Origin: Raillietiella orientalis
Lineage: Eukaryota
NCBI GenBank assembly: GCA_036172245.1
Contig: JAYWIR010000145.1
Coordinates: 1-64,000, forward strand
DNA: 64,000 nucleotides
Direction: 5' to 3'
Below, piece by piece: positions 1 to 12,070 of this stretch (its first letter is position 1; each line of letters starts with the position of its first letter). Both the position numbers and the translations under genes were made by a program. The notes beneath the pieces were generated by a model, which was given only the letters and a program-made list of their open reading frames with translations, was not told the origin of the DNA and did not search any database.

Positions 1-3000
1 TACAATGGTGAAATCTGCGTACTTCGAATTGATTACAAACCAGCAAAAGATGTAAATTTGTACCATACCGTGAATCAGATCCAATTGAATAATTCACTTT
101 TTATCTCCGACATTGGTTGCCATGAAAACAACACGGAGTGCAAAGTGCCCCGCCCTAACTGAAATGTCGGAATGTTCTTCATTCACCTCTAAACGTAGGA
201 AATCGCAAGGTAGTGTGGTGATCCTTGCCGGTAGTTTTCGTCGCGCTGCCAACGGATGTTTCGTGAAAAACCGCCACAGTGCATGGTGAAATCTCCTCAC
301 TTCGAATTAAATACAAACCAGCAAAAGTTGTAAATTTATACCATACCGTGAATCAGATCCAATTAAATAATTCACTTTTTATCTCCGACAGTGGTTGCCA
401 TCAAAACAACACGGAGTGCATAGTCTCCCACCCTAATCAAATGTCGGACTTTTCTTAATCCACCTCTGAAACCAGGAAATCGCAAGGTGGTGCGGTTATC
501 CATGACGGTACATTGCCTCGGGCTGCGAACGGATGTTTCGTGAAAAACCGCAACAGTGCATGGTGAAATCTCCTGACTTCGAATTGATTACAAACCAGCA
601 AAAGTTGTAAATTTATACCATACCGTGAAACAGATCGAATTAAATAATTCGCATTTCAATTCCGACAGTGGTTGCCATGAAAACAACACGGCGTGCAAAG
701 TGCCCCGCCCTAATGAAATGTCGGACTGTTCTTCATCCACCTCTAAACGCAGGAAATCGCAAGGTAGTGTGGTGATCCATGCCGGTAGATTTCTACGCGC
801 TGCCAACGGATGCTTCGTGAAGAAGCGCAAAAGTGCAATGGTGAAATCTCCGTACTTCGAATTGATTACAAACCAGCAAAAGATGTAAATTTATACCATA
901 CCGTGAATCAGATCCAATTTAATAATTCACTTTTTATCTCCGACAGTGGTTGCCATGAAAACAACACGGAGTGCAAAGTGTCCCACCCTAATCAAACGTC
1001 AGACTTTTCTTAATCCACCTCTGAAACCAGGAAATCGCAAGGTGGTGCGGTTATCCATGACGGTACATTGCCTCGGGCTGCGAACGGATGTTTCGTGAAA
1101 AACCGCAACAGTGCATGGTGAAATCTCCTGACTTCGAATTGATTACAAACCAGCAAAAGTTGTAAATTTATACCATACCGTGAATCAGATCCAATTTAAT
1201 AATTCACTTTTTATCTCCGACAGTGGTTGCCATCAAAACAACACGGAGTGCATAGTCTCCCACCCTAATCAAATTTCGGACTTTTCTTAATCCACCTCTG
1301 AAACCAGGAAATCGCAAGGTGGTGCGGTTATCCATGACGGTACATTGCCTCGGGCTGCGAACGGATGTTTCGTGAAAAACCGCAACAGTGCATGGTGAAA
1401 TCTCCTGACTTCGAATTGATTACAAACCAGCAAAAGTTGTAAATTTATACCATACCGTGAATCAGATCTAATTTAATAATTCACTTTTTATCTCTGACAG
1501 TGGTTGCCATGAAAACAACACGGAGTGCAAAGTGTCCCACTTTAATCAAATTTCGGACTTTTCTTAATCCACCTCTGAAACCAGGAAATCGCAAGGTGGT
1601 GCGGTTATCCATGACGGTACATTGCCTCGGGCTGCCAACGGATGTTTCGTGAAAAACCGCAAAAGTGCATGGTGAAATCTCCTCACTTCGAATTGATTAC
1701 AAACCAGCAAAAGTTGTAAATTTATACCATACCGTGAATCAGATCGAAATAAATAAATCGCATTTCAATTCCGACAGTGGTTGCAATGAAAACAACACGG
1801 CGTGCAAAGTGCCCAACCCTAAATGAAATGTCGGACTGTTCTTCATCCACCTCTAAACGTAGGAAATCGCAAGGTAGTGTGGTGATCCATGCCGGTAGAT
1901 TTCGTCGCGCTGCCAACGAATGCTTCGTGAAGAAGCGCAAAAGTGCAATGGTGAAATCTCCGTACTTCGAATTGATTACAAACCAGCAAAAGATGTAAAT
2001 TTATACCATACCGTGAATGAGATCCAATTTAATAATTCACTTTTTATCTCCGACAGTGGTTGCCATCAAAACAACACGGAGTGCATAGTGTCCCACCCTA
2101 ATCAAATGTCGGACTTTTCTTAATCCACCTCTGAAACCAGGAAATCGCAAGGTGGTGCGGTTATCCATGACGGTACATTGCCTCGGGCTGCGAAAGGATG
2201 TTCCGTGAAAAACCGCAAAAGTGCATGGTGAAATCTCCTCACTTCGAATTGATTACAAACCAGCAAAAGTTGTAAATTTATACCATACCGTGAATCAGAT
2301 CGAATTAAATAATTCGCATTTCAATTCCGACAGTGGTTGGATGAAAACAACACGGCGTGCAAAGTGCCCCGCCCTAATGAAATGTCGGACTGTTCTTCAT
2401 CCACCTCTAAACGCAGGAAATCGCAAGGTAGTGTGGTGATCCATGCCGGTGGATTTCTACGCGCTGCCAACGGATGTTCCGTGAAAAACCGCAAAAGTGC
2501 ATGGTGAAATCTCCTCACTTCGAATTGATTACAAACCAGCAAAAGATGTAAATTTATACCATACCGTGAATCAGATCTAATTTAATAATTCACTTTTTAT
2601 CTCCGACAGTGGTTGCCATGAAAACAACACGGAGTGCAAAGTGTCCCACCCTAATCAAATGTCGGAGTTTTCTTAATCCACCTCTGAAACCAGGAAATCG
2701 CAAGGTGGTGCGGTTATTTATGACGGTACATTGCCTCGGGCTGCCAACGGATGTTTCGTGAAAAACCGCAACAGTGCATGGTGAAATCTCCTCACTTCGA
2801 ATTGATTACAAACCTGCAAAAGTTGTAAATTTATACCATACTATGAATCAGATCGAATTAAATAATTCGCATTTTAATTCCGACAGTGGTTGCCATGAAA
2901 ACAACACGGCGTGCAAAGTGCCCCGCCCCAAAATGAAATGTCGGACTGTTATTCATCCACCTCTAACCGTAGGAAATCGCAAGGTAGTGTGGTGATCCAT

Positions 3001-3400
3001 GCTGGTAGATTTCCTCGCGCTGCCAACGGATGCTTCGTGAAGAAGCTCAAAAGTGCAATGCTAAAATTTCCGTACTTCGAATTGATTACAAGCCAGCAAA
3101 AGATGTAAATTTGTACCATAAAATGAATCAGATCGAATTAAATTATTCACTTTCTAATTCCGACAGTGGTTGCTATGAAAACAATACGGAGTGCAAAGTG
3201 TACCACCCTAATCAAATATCGGACTTTTGTTAATCCACCTCTGAAAGCAGGAAATCGGAAGGTTCTGCGGTTATCCATGACGGTACATTGTCTCGGGCTG
3301 CGAAAGGATGTTTCGTGAAAAACCGCCAAAGTGCATGGTGAAATCTCCTCACTTCGAATTGATTACAAACCAGCAAAAGTTGTAAATTTATACCATACCG
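1..3400. repeat. Satellite subfamily domain I (left-most variant layer)
   Basis: Variant GGTACATTG(C/T)CTCGGGCTG occurs at ~507, 1062, 1339, 1617, 2172, 2725 and 3282, and I did not see it further right. GATC(C/T)AATTTAAT and TTTTTATCTCCGAC are concentrated here. Most monomers are the 277-bp GTGCATGG type with AAAGTTGTAAATTTATA. Confidence 0.8.
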
Positions 3401-6400
3401 TGAATCAGATCGAATTACATAATTCGCATTTCAATTCCGACAGTGGTTGCCATGAAAACAACACGGCGTGCAAAGTGCCCCGCCCTAATCAAATGTCGGA
3501 CTTCTCTTAATCCACCTCTGAAACCAGGAAATCGGATGGTTGTGCGGTTATCCATGACGGTAGATTGCCTCGCACAGCCAACGTATGTTTCGTGAAAAAG
3601 CGCAACAGTACAATGGTGAAATCTCCGTACTACGAATTGATTACAAACCAGCAAAAGATGTAAATTTATACCATACGGTGAATCAGATCGAATTCAATAA
3701 TTCGCATTTCAATTTTGACAGTGGTTGCCATGAAAACAACACGGCGTGGAAAGTGCCCCGCCCTAATGAAATGTCGGACTGTTCTTCATCCACCTCTAAA
3801 CGCAGGAAATCGCAAGGTAGTGTGGTGATCCATGCCGGTAGATTTTCTCGCGCTGCCAACGGATGCTTCGTGAAGAAGCGCAAAAGTGCAATGGTGAAAT
3901 CTCCGTACTTCGAATTGATTACAAACCAGCAAAAGATGTAAATTTGTACCATAAAATGAATCAGATCGAATTAAATAATTCACTTTCTAATTCCGATAGT
4001 GGTTGCCATGAAAACAATACGGAGTGCAAAGTGTCCCACCCTAATCAAATGTTGGAGTTTTCTTAATCCACCTCTGAAACCAGGAAATCGCAAGGTGGTG
4101 CGGTTATCCATGACGGTAGATTGCCTCGCGCTGCCAACGGATGCTTCGTGAAGAAGCGCAAAAGTGCAATGGTGGAATCTCCCTTCTACGAATTGATTAC
4201 AAACCACCAAAAGATGTAAATTTATAGCATACCGTGAATCAGATCGAATTAAATAATTCACTTTTCAATTCCGAAAGTGGTTGCCATGACAATAACACGG
4301 AGTGCAAAGTGACTCGCCCTAATGAAATGTCGGACTTTTCTTAATCCACCTCTAAACGCAGGAAATCGCAAGGTAGTGTGGTGATCCATGCCGGTAGATT
4401 TCCACGCGCTGCCAACGGATGTTTCGTGAAGAAGCGCAAAAGTGCAATGGTGAAATCTCCGTACTACGAATTGATTACAAACCAGCAAAAGATGTAAATT
4501 TCTACCATAGCGTGAATCAGATCGAATTAAAAAATTCACTTTTTAACTTCGACAGTGGTTGTTATCAAAACAACACGGAGTGCAAAGTGTCCCACCCTGA
4601 TCAAATGTCGGACTTTTCTTAATCCACCTCTGAAACCAGGAAATCGCAAGGTGGTGCGGTTATCCATGACGGTAGATTGCCTCGCGCTGCCAACGGATGC
4701 TTCGTGAAAAAGCGCAACAGTGCATGGTGAAATCTCCTCACTTCGAATTGATTACAAACCAGCAAAAGATGTAAATTTGTACCACACCATGAATGAGATT
4801 GAATTAAATAATTCACTTTCCAATTCCGACAGTGGTTGCCATGAAAACAATACGGGGTGCAATGTGTCCCACCCTAATCAAATGTCGGACTTTTCTTAAT
4901 CCACCTCTGAAACCAGGAAATCGGATGGTTGTGCGGTTATCCATGACGGTAGATTGCCTCGCACAGACAACGTATGTTTCGTGAAAAAGCGCAACAGTGC
5001 AATGGTGAAATCTCCGTACTGCGAATTGATTACAAACCAGCAAAAGATGTAAATTTATACCATACCGTTAATCAGATCGAACTAAAAAATTCACTTTTTA
5101 ACTCCGACAGTGGTTGTTATCAAAACAACACGGACAGCAACGTGTCCCACCCTAATCAAATCTTGGAGTTTTCTTAATCCACCTCTGAAACCAGGAAATC
5201 GCAAGGTGGTGCGGTTATCCATGCCGATAGATTGCCTCGCCCTGCAAACGGATTCTTCGTGAAAAAGCGCAACAGTGCATGGTGAAATCTCCTCACTTCG
5301 AATTGATTACATACCAGCAAAAGATGTAAATTTGTACCACACTATGAATTAGATTGAATTAAATAATTCACTTTCCAATTCCGACAATGGTTGCCATGAA
5401 AACAATACGGGGTGCAAAGTGTCCCACCCTAATCAAATGTCGGACTTCTCTTAATCCACCTCTGAAACCAGGAAATCGGATGGTTGTGCGGTTATCCATG
5501 ACGGTAGATTGCCTCGCACAGCCAACGTATGTTTCGTGAAAAAGCGCAACAGTACAATGGTGAAATCTCCGTACTACGAATTGATTACAAACCAGCAAAA
5601 GATGTAAATTTATACCATACCGTGAATCAGATCGAATTAAAAAATTCCACTTTTTAACTCCGACAGTGGTTGCAATCAAAACAACACGGAGTGCAACGTG
5701 CCCCACCCTAATCAAATGTTGGAGTTTTCTTAATCCACCTCTGAAACCAGGAAATCGCAAGGTGGTGCGGTTATCCATGACGGTAGATTGCCTCGCCCTG
5801 CAAACGGATTCTTCGTGAAAAAGCGCAACAGTGCATGGTGAAATCTCCTCACTTCGAATTGATTACAAACCAGCAAAAGATGTAAATTTGTACCACACCA
5901 TGAATGAGATTGAATTAAATAATTCACTTTCCAATTCCGACAGTGGTTGCCATCAAAACAATACGGGGTGCAAAGTGTCCCACCCAAATCAAATGTCGGA
6001 CTTTTCTTAATCCACCTCTGAAACCAGGAAATCGGATGGTTGTGCGGTTATCCATGACGGTAGATTGCCTCGCACAGACAACGTATGTTCCGTGAAAAAG
6101 CGCAACAGTGCAATGGTGAAATCTACGTACTACGAATTGATTACAAACCAGCAAAAGATGTAAATTTATACCATACCGTTAATCAGATCGAACTAAAAAA
6201 TTCACTTTTTAACTCCGACAGTGGTTGTTATCAAAACAACACGGAGAGCAACGTGTCCCACCCTAATCAAATGTCATTCTTTTCTTAATCCACCTCTGAA
6301 ACCAGGAAATCGGAAGGTGGTGCTGTTATCCATGACGGTAGATTGCCTCGCGCTGCGAACGGATTTTTCGTGAAAAACCGCAACAGTGCATGGTGAAATC

Positions 6401-9400
6401 TCCTCACTTCGAATTGATTAGAAACCAGCAAAAGTTGTAAATTTATATCATACCGTGAATCAGATCGAATTCAACACTCCGCATTTTAATTTTGACAGTG
6501 GTTGCCATGAAAACAACACGGAGTGCAAAGTGCCCCGCCCTCATGAAATGTCGGACTGTTCTTCATCCACCTCTAAACGCAGGAAATCGCAAGGTAGTGT
6601 GGTGATCTATGCCGGTAGATTTCCTTGCGCTGCCAACGGATGCTTCGTGAAGAAGCGCAAAAGTGCAATGGTGAAATCTCCGTACTTCGAATTGATTACT
6701 TACCAGCAAAAGATGTAAATTTGTACCATAAAATGAATCAGATCGAATTAAATAATTCACTTTCTAATTCCGATAGTGGTTGTCATGAAATCAATACGGA
6801 GTGCAATGTGTCCCACCCAAATAAAATGTCGGACTATTCTTAATCCACCTCTGAAACCAGGAAGTCGCAAGGTGTTGCGGTTATCCATGACGGTAGATTG
6901 CCTCGCGCTGCAAACGGATGCTTCGTGAAAAAGCGCAACAGTGCATGGTGAAATCTCCTCACTTCGAATTGATTACAAACCAGCAAAAGATGTAAATTTG
7001 TACAGCACCATGAATGAGATTGCATTAAATAATTCACTTTCCAATTCTGACAGTGGTTGCCATGAAAACAATACGGGGTGCAAAGTGTCCCACCCTAATC
7101 AAATGTCGGACTTTTCTTAATCCACCTCTGAAACCAGGAAATCGGATGGTTGTGCGGTTATCCATGACGGTAGATTGCCTCGCACAGACAACGTATGTTT
7201 CGTGAAAAAGCGCAACAGTGCAATGGTGAAATCTCCGTACTACGAATTGATTACAAAGCAAAAGATGTAAATTTATACCATACCGTGAATCAGATCGAAT
7301 TGAAAAATTCACTTTTTAACTCCGACAGTGGTTGCAATCAAAACAACACGGAGTGCAACGTGCCCCACCCTAATCAAATGTAGAAGTTTTCTTAATCCAC
7401 CTCTGAAACCAGGAAATCGCAAGGTGGTGCGGTTATCCATGACGATAGATTGCCTCGCCCTGGAAACGGATTCTTCGTGAAAAAGCGCAACAGTGCTTGG
7501 TGAAATCACCTCACTTCGAATTGATTACAAACCAGCAAAAGATGTAAATTTGTACCACACCATGAATGAGATTGAATTAAATAATTCACTTTCCAATTCC
7601 GACAGTGGTTGCCATGAAAACAATACGGGGTGCAAAGTGTCCCACCCTAATCAAATGTCGGACTTTTCTTAATCCACCTCTGAAACCAGAAAATCGGATG
7701 GTTGTGCGGTTATCCATGACGGTAGATTGCCTCGCACAGACAACGTATGTTTCGTGAAAAAGCGCAACAGTGCAATGGTGAAATCTCCGTACTACGAATT
7801 GATTACAAACCAGCAAAAGATGTAAATTTATACCATACCGTTAATCAGATCGAACTACAAAATTCACTTTTTAACTCCGACAGTGGTTGTTATCAAAACA
7901 ACACGGATAGCAACGTGTCCCACCCTAATCAAATGTCATTCTTCTCTTAATCCACCTCTGAAACCAGGAAATCGCAAGGTGGTGCGGTTATCCATGACGG
8001 TAGATTGCCTCGCGCTGCCAACGGATGCTTCTTGAAAAAGCGCAACAGTGCATGGTGAAATCTCCGTACTTCGAATTGATTACAAACCAGCAAAAGATGT
8101 AAATGTATACCATACCGTGAATCAGATCGAATTAAAAAATTCACTTTTTAACTCCGACAGTGGTTGCAATCAAAACAACACGGAGTGCAACGTGCCCCAC
8201 CCTAATCAAATGTTGGAGTTTTCTTAATCCACCTCTGAATCCAGGAAATCGCATGATGGTGCGGTTATCCATGACGGTAGATTGCCTCTCGCTGCCAACG
8301 GATCCTTCGTGAAAAACCGCAACAGTGCATGGTGAAATCTCCTCACTTCGAATTGATTAGAAACCAGCAAAAGTTGTAAATTTATACCATACCGTGAATC
8401 AGATCGAATTCAATAATTCGCATTTCAATTTTGACAGTGGTTGCCATGAAAACAACACGGCGTGCAAAGTGCCCCGCCCTCATGAAATATCGGACTGTTC
8501 TTCATCCACCTCTAAACGCAGGAAATCGCAAGGTAGTGTGGTGATCCATGCCGGTAGATTTTCTCGCGCTGCCAACGGATGCTTCGTGAAGAAGCGCAAA
8601 AGTGCAATGGTGAAATCTCCGTACTTCGAATTGATTACAAACCAGCAAAAGATGTAAATTTGTACCATAAAATGAATCGAATCGAATTAAATAATTCACT
8701 TTCTAATTCCGATAGTGGTTGTCATGAAAACAATACGGAGTGCAATGTGTCCCACCCAAATCAAACGTCGGACTTTTCTTAATCCACCTCTGCAACCCGG
8801 AAATCGGAAGGTTGTGCGGTTATCCATGACAGGTAGATTACCTCGCACAGCCAACGTATGTTTCGTGAAAAAGCGCAACAGTGCAATGGTGAAATCTCTG
8901 TACTACGAATTGATTACAAACCAGCAAAAGATGGAACTTTTTACCATACCGTGAATCATATCCAATTTAATAATTCACTTTCTATCTCCGATAGTGGTTG
9001 CGCTCAAAACAACAAGGAGTGCAAAGTGTAACACCCTAATCAAATGTCGGACTTTTCTTAATCCACCTCTGAAACCAGGAAATCGGAAGGTTGTGCGGTT
9101 ATCCATGACGGTAGATTGCCTCGCACAGCCAACGTATGTTTCGTGAAAAAGCGCAACAGTACAATGGTGAAATCTCCTCACTTCGAATTGATTACAAACC
9201 AGCAAAAGATGTAAATTTGTACCACACCATGAATGAGATTGAATTAAATAATTCACTTTCCAATTCCGACAGTGGTTGCCATCAAAACAATACGGGGTGC
9301 AAAGTGTCCCACCCAAATCAAATGTCGGACTTTTCTTAATCCACCTCTGAAACCAGGAAATCGCATGATGGTGCGGTTATCCATGACGGTAGATTGCCTC

Positions 9401-12070
9401 GCGCTGCCAACGGATGCTTCGTGAAAAACCGCAACAGTGCATAGTGAAATCTCCGTACTTCGAGTTGATTACAAACCAGCAAAAGATGTTAATTTGTACC
9501 ATAAAATGAATCAGATCGAATTAAATAATTCACTTTCTAATTCCGATAGTGGTTGTCATGAAAACAATACGGAGTGCAATGTGTCCCACCCAAATCAAAT
9601 GTCGGACTTTTCTTAATCCACCTCGGAAACCAGGAAATCGCAAGGTGGTGCGGTTATCCATGACGGTAGATTGCCTCGCTCTGCAAACGGATGCTTCGTG
9701 AAAAAGCGCAACAGTGCATGGTGAAATCTCCGTACTTCGAGTTGATTACAAACCAGCAAAAGATGTTAATTTGTACCATAAAATGAATCAGATCGAATTA
9801 AATAATTCGCTTTCTAATTCCGATAGTGGTTGCCATGAAAACAACTCGCAGTGCAAAGTGTTCCGCCCTAATGAAATTTCGGACTTTTCTTAATCCACGT
9901 CTGAATCCAGGAAATCGCATGATGGTGCGGTTATCCATGACGGTAGATTGCCTCGCGCTGCCAACGGATGCTTCGTGAAAAACCGCAACAGTGCATGGTG
10001 AAATCTCCTCACTTCGAATTGATTAGAAACCAGCAAAAGTTGTAAATTTATACCATACCGTGAATCAGATCGAATTCAATAATTCGCATTTCAATTTTGA
10101 CAGTGGTTGCCATGAAAACAACACGGCGTGGAAAGTGCCCCGCCCTCATGAAATGTCGGACTGTTCTTCATCCACCTCTAAACGCAGGAAATCGCAAGGT
10201 AGTTTGGTGATCCATGCCGGTAGATTTACTAGCGCTGCCAACGGATGCTTCTTGAAGAAGCGCAAAAGTGCAATGGTGAAATCTCCGTACTTCGAATTGA
10301 TTACAAACCAGCAAAAGATGTAAATTTGTACCATAAAATGAATCAGATCGAATTAAATAATTCACTTTCTAATTCCGATAGTGGTTGTCATGAAAACAAT
10401 ACGGAGTGCAATGTGTCCCACCCAAATAAAATGTCGGACTTTTTTTAATCCACCTCTGAAACCAGGAAGTCGCAAGGTGGTGCGGTTATCCATGACGGTA
10501 GATTGCCTCGCGCTGCAAACGGATCCTTCGTGAAAAAGCGCAACAGTGCATGGTGAAATCTCCTCACTTCGAATTGATTACAAACCAGCAAAAGATGTAA
10601 ATTTGTACAGCACCATGAATGAGATTGAATTAAATAATTCACTTTCCAATTCCGACAGTGGTTGCCATGAAAACAATACGGGGTGCAAAGTGTCCCACCC
10701 TAATCAAATGTCGGACTTTTCTTAATCCACCTCTGAAACCAGGAAATCGGATGGTTGTGCGGTTATCCATGACGGTAGATTGCCTCGCACAGACAACGTA
10801 TGTTTCGTGAAAAAGCGCAACAGTGCAATGGTGAAATCTCCGTACTACGAATTGATTACAAACCAGCAAAAGATGTAAATTTATACCATACCGTTAATCA
10901 GATCGAACTAAAAAATTTACTTTTTAACTCCGACAGTGGTTGTTATCAAAACAACACGGAGAGCAACGTGTCCCACCCTAATCAAATGTCATTCTTTTCT
11001 TAATCCACCTCTGAAACCAGGAAATCGCAAGGTGGTGCGGTTATCCATGACGGTAGATTGCCTCGCGCTGCCAACGGATGCTTCGTGAAAAAGCGCAACA
11101 GTGCATGGTGAAATCTCCGTACTTCGAATTGATTACAAACCAGCAAAAGATGTTAATTTGTACCATGAAATGAATCAGATCGAATTAAATAATTCGCTTT
11201 CTAATTCCGATAGTGGTTGCCATGAAAACAACACGCAATGCAAAGTGTTCCGCCCTAATGAAATTTCGGACTTTTCTTGATCCACCTCTGAAACCAGGAA
11301 ATCGGATGGTTGTGCGGTTATCCATGACGGTAGATTGCCTCGCGCTGCCAACGGATGCTTCGTGAAAAACCGCAACAGTGCATGGTGAAATCTCCTCACT
11401 TCGAATTGATTAGAAACCAGCAAAAGTTGTAAATTTATACCATACCGTGAATCAGATCGAATTCAATAATTCGCATTTCAATTTTGACAGTGGTTGCCAT
11501 GAAAACAACACGGCGTGCAAAGTGCCCCGCCCTCATGAAATGTCGGACTGTTCTTCATCCACCTCTAAACGCAGGAAATCGCAAGGTAGTGTGGTGATCC
11601 ATGCCGGTAGATTTCCTCGCGCTGCCAACGGATGCTTCGTGAAGAAGCGCAAAAGTGCAATGGTGAAATCTCCGTACTTCGAATTGATTACAAACCAGCA
11701 AAAGATGTAAATTTGTACCATAAAATGAATCGAATCGAATTAAATAATTCACTTTCTAATTCCGATAGTGGTTGTCATGAAAACAATACGGAGTGCAATG
11801 TGTCCCACCCAAATCAAACGTCGGACTTTTCTTAATCCACCTCTGCAACCCGGAAATCGGAAGGTTGTGCGGTTATCCATGACAGGTAGATTACCTCGCA
11901 CAGCCAACGTATGTTTCGTGAAAAAGCGCAACAGTGCAATGGTGAAATCTCTGTACTACGAATTGATTACAAACCAGCAAAAGATGGAACTTTTTACCAT
12001 ACCGTGAATCATATCCAATTTAATAATTCACTTTCTATCTCCGATAGTGGTTGCGCTCAAAACAACACGG
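3400..12070. repeat. Satellite subfamily domain II, with a 555-bp dimeric sub-array and 11-mer/13-mer block duplications
   Basis: Characteristic variants are CGCACAG(A/C)CAACGTATG, GAATGAGATTGAATT, AATACGGGGTG, AAATCGGATGGTTG and TTCAATTTTGACAG. ORF homologues are offset by 555/1111 bp (4813, 5368, 5924), 3053 bp (8394/11447, 8696/11749) and 3605 bp (6455/10060, 6840/10445). Confidence 0.8.
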
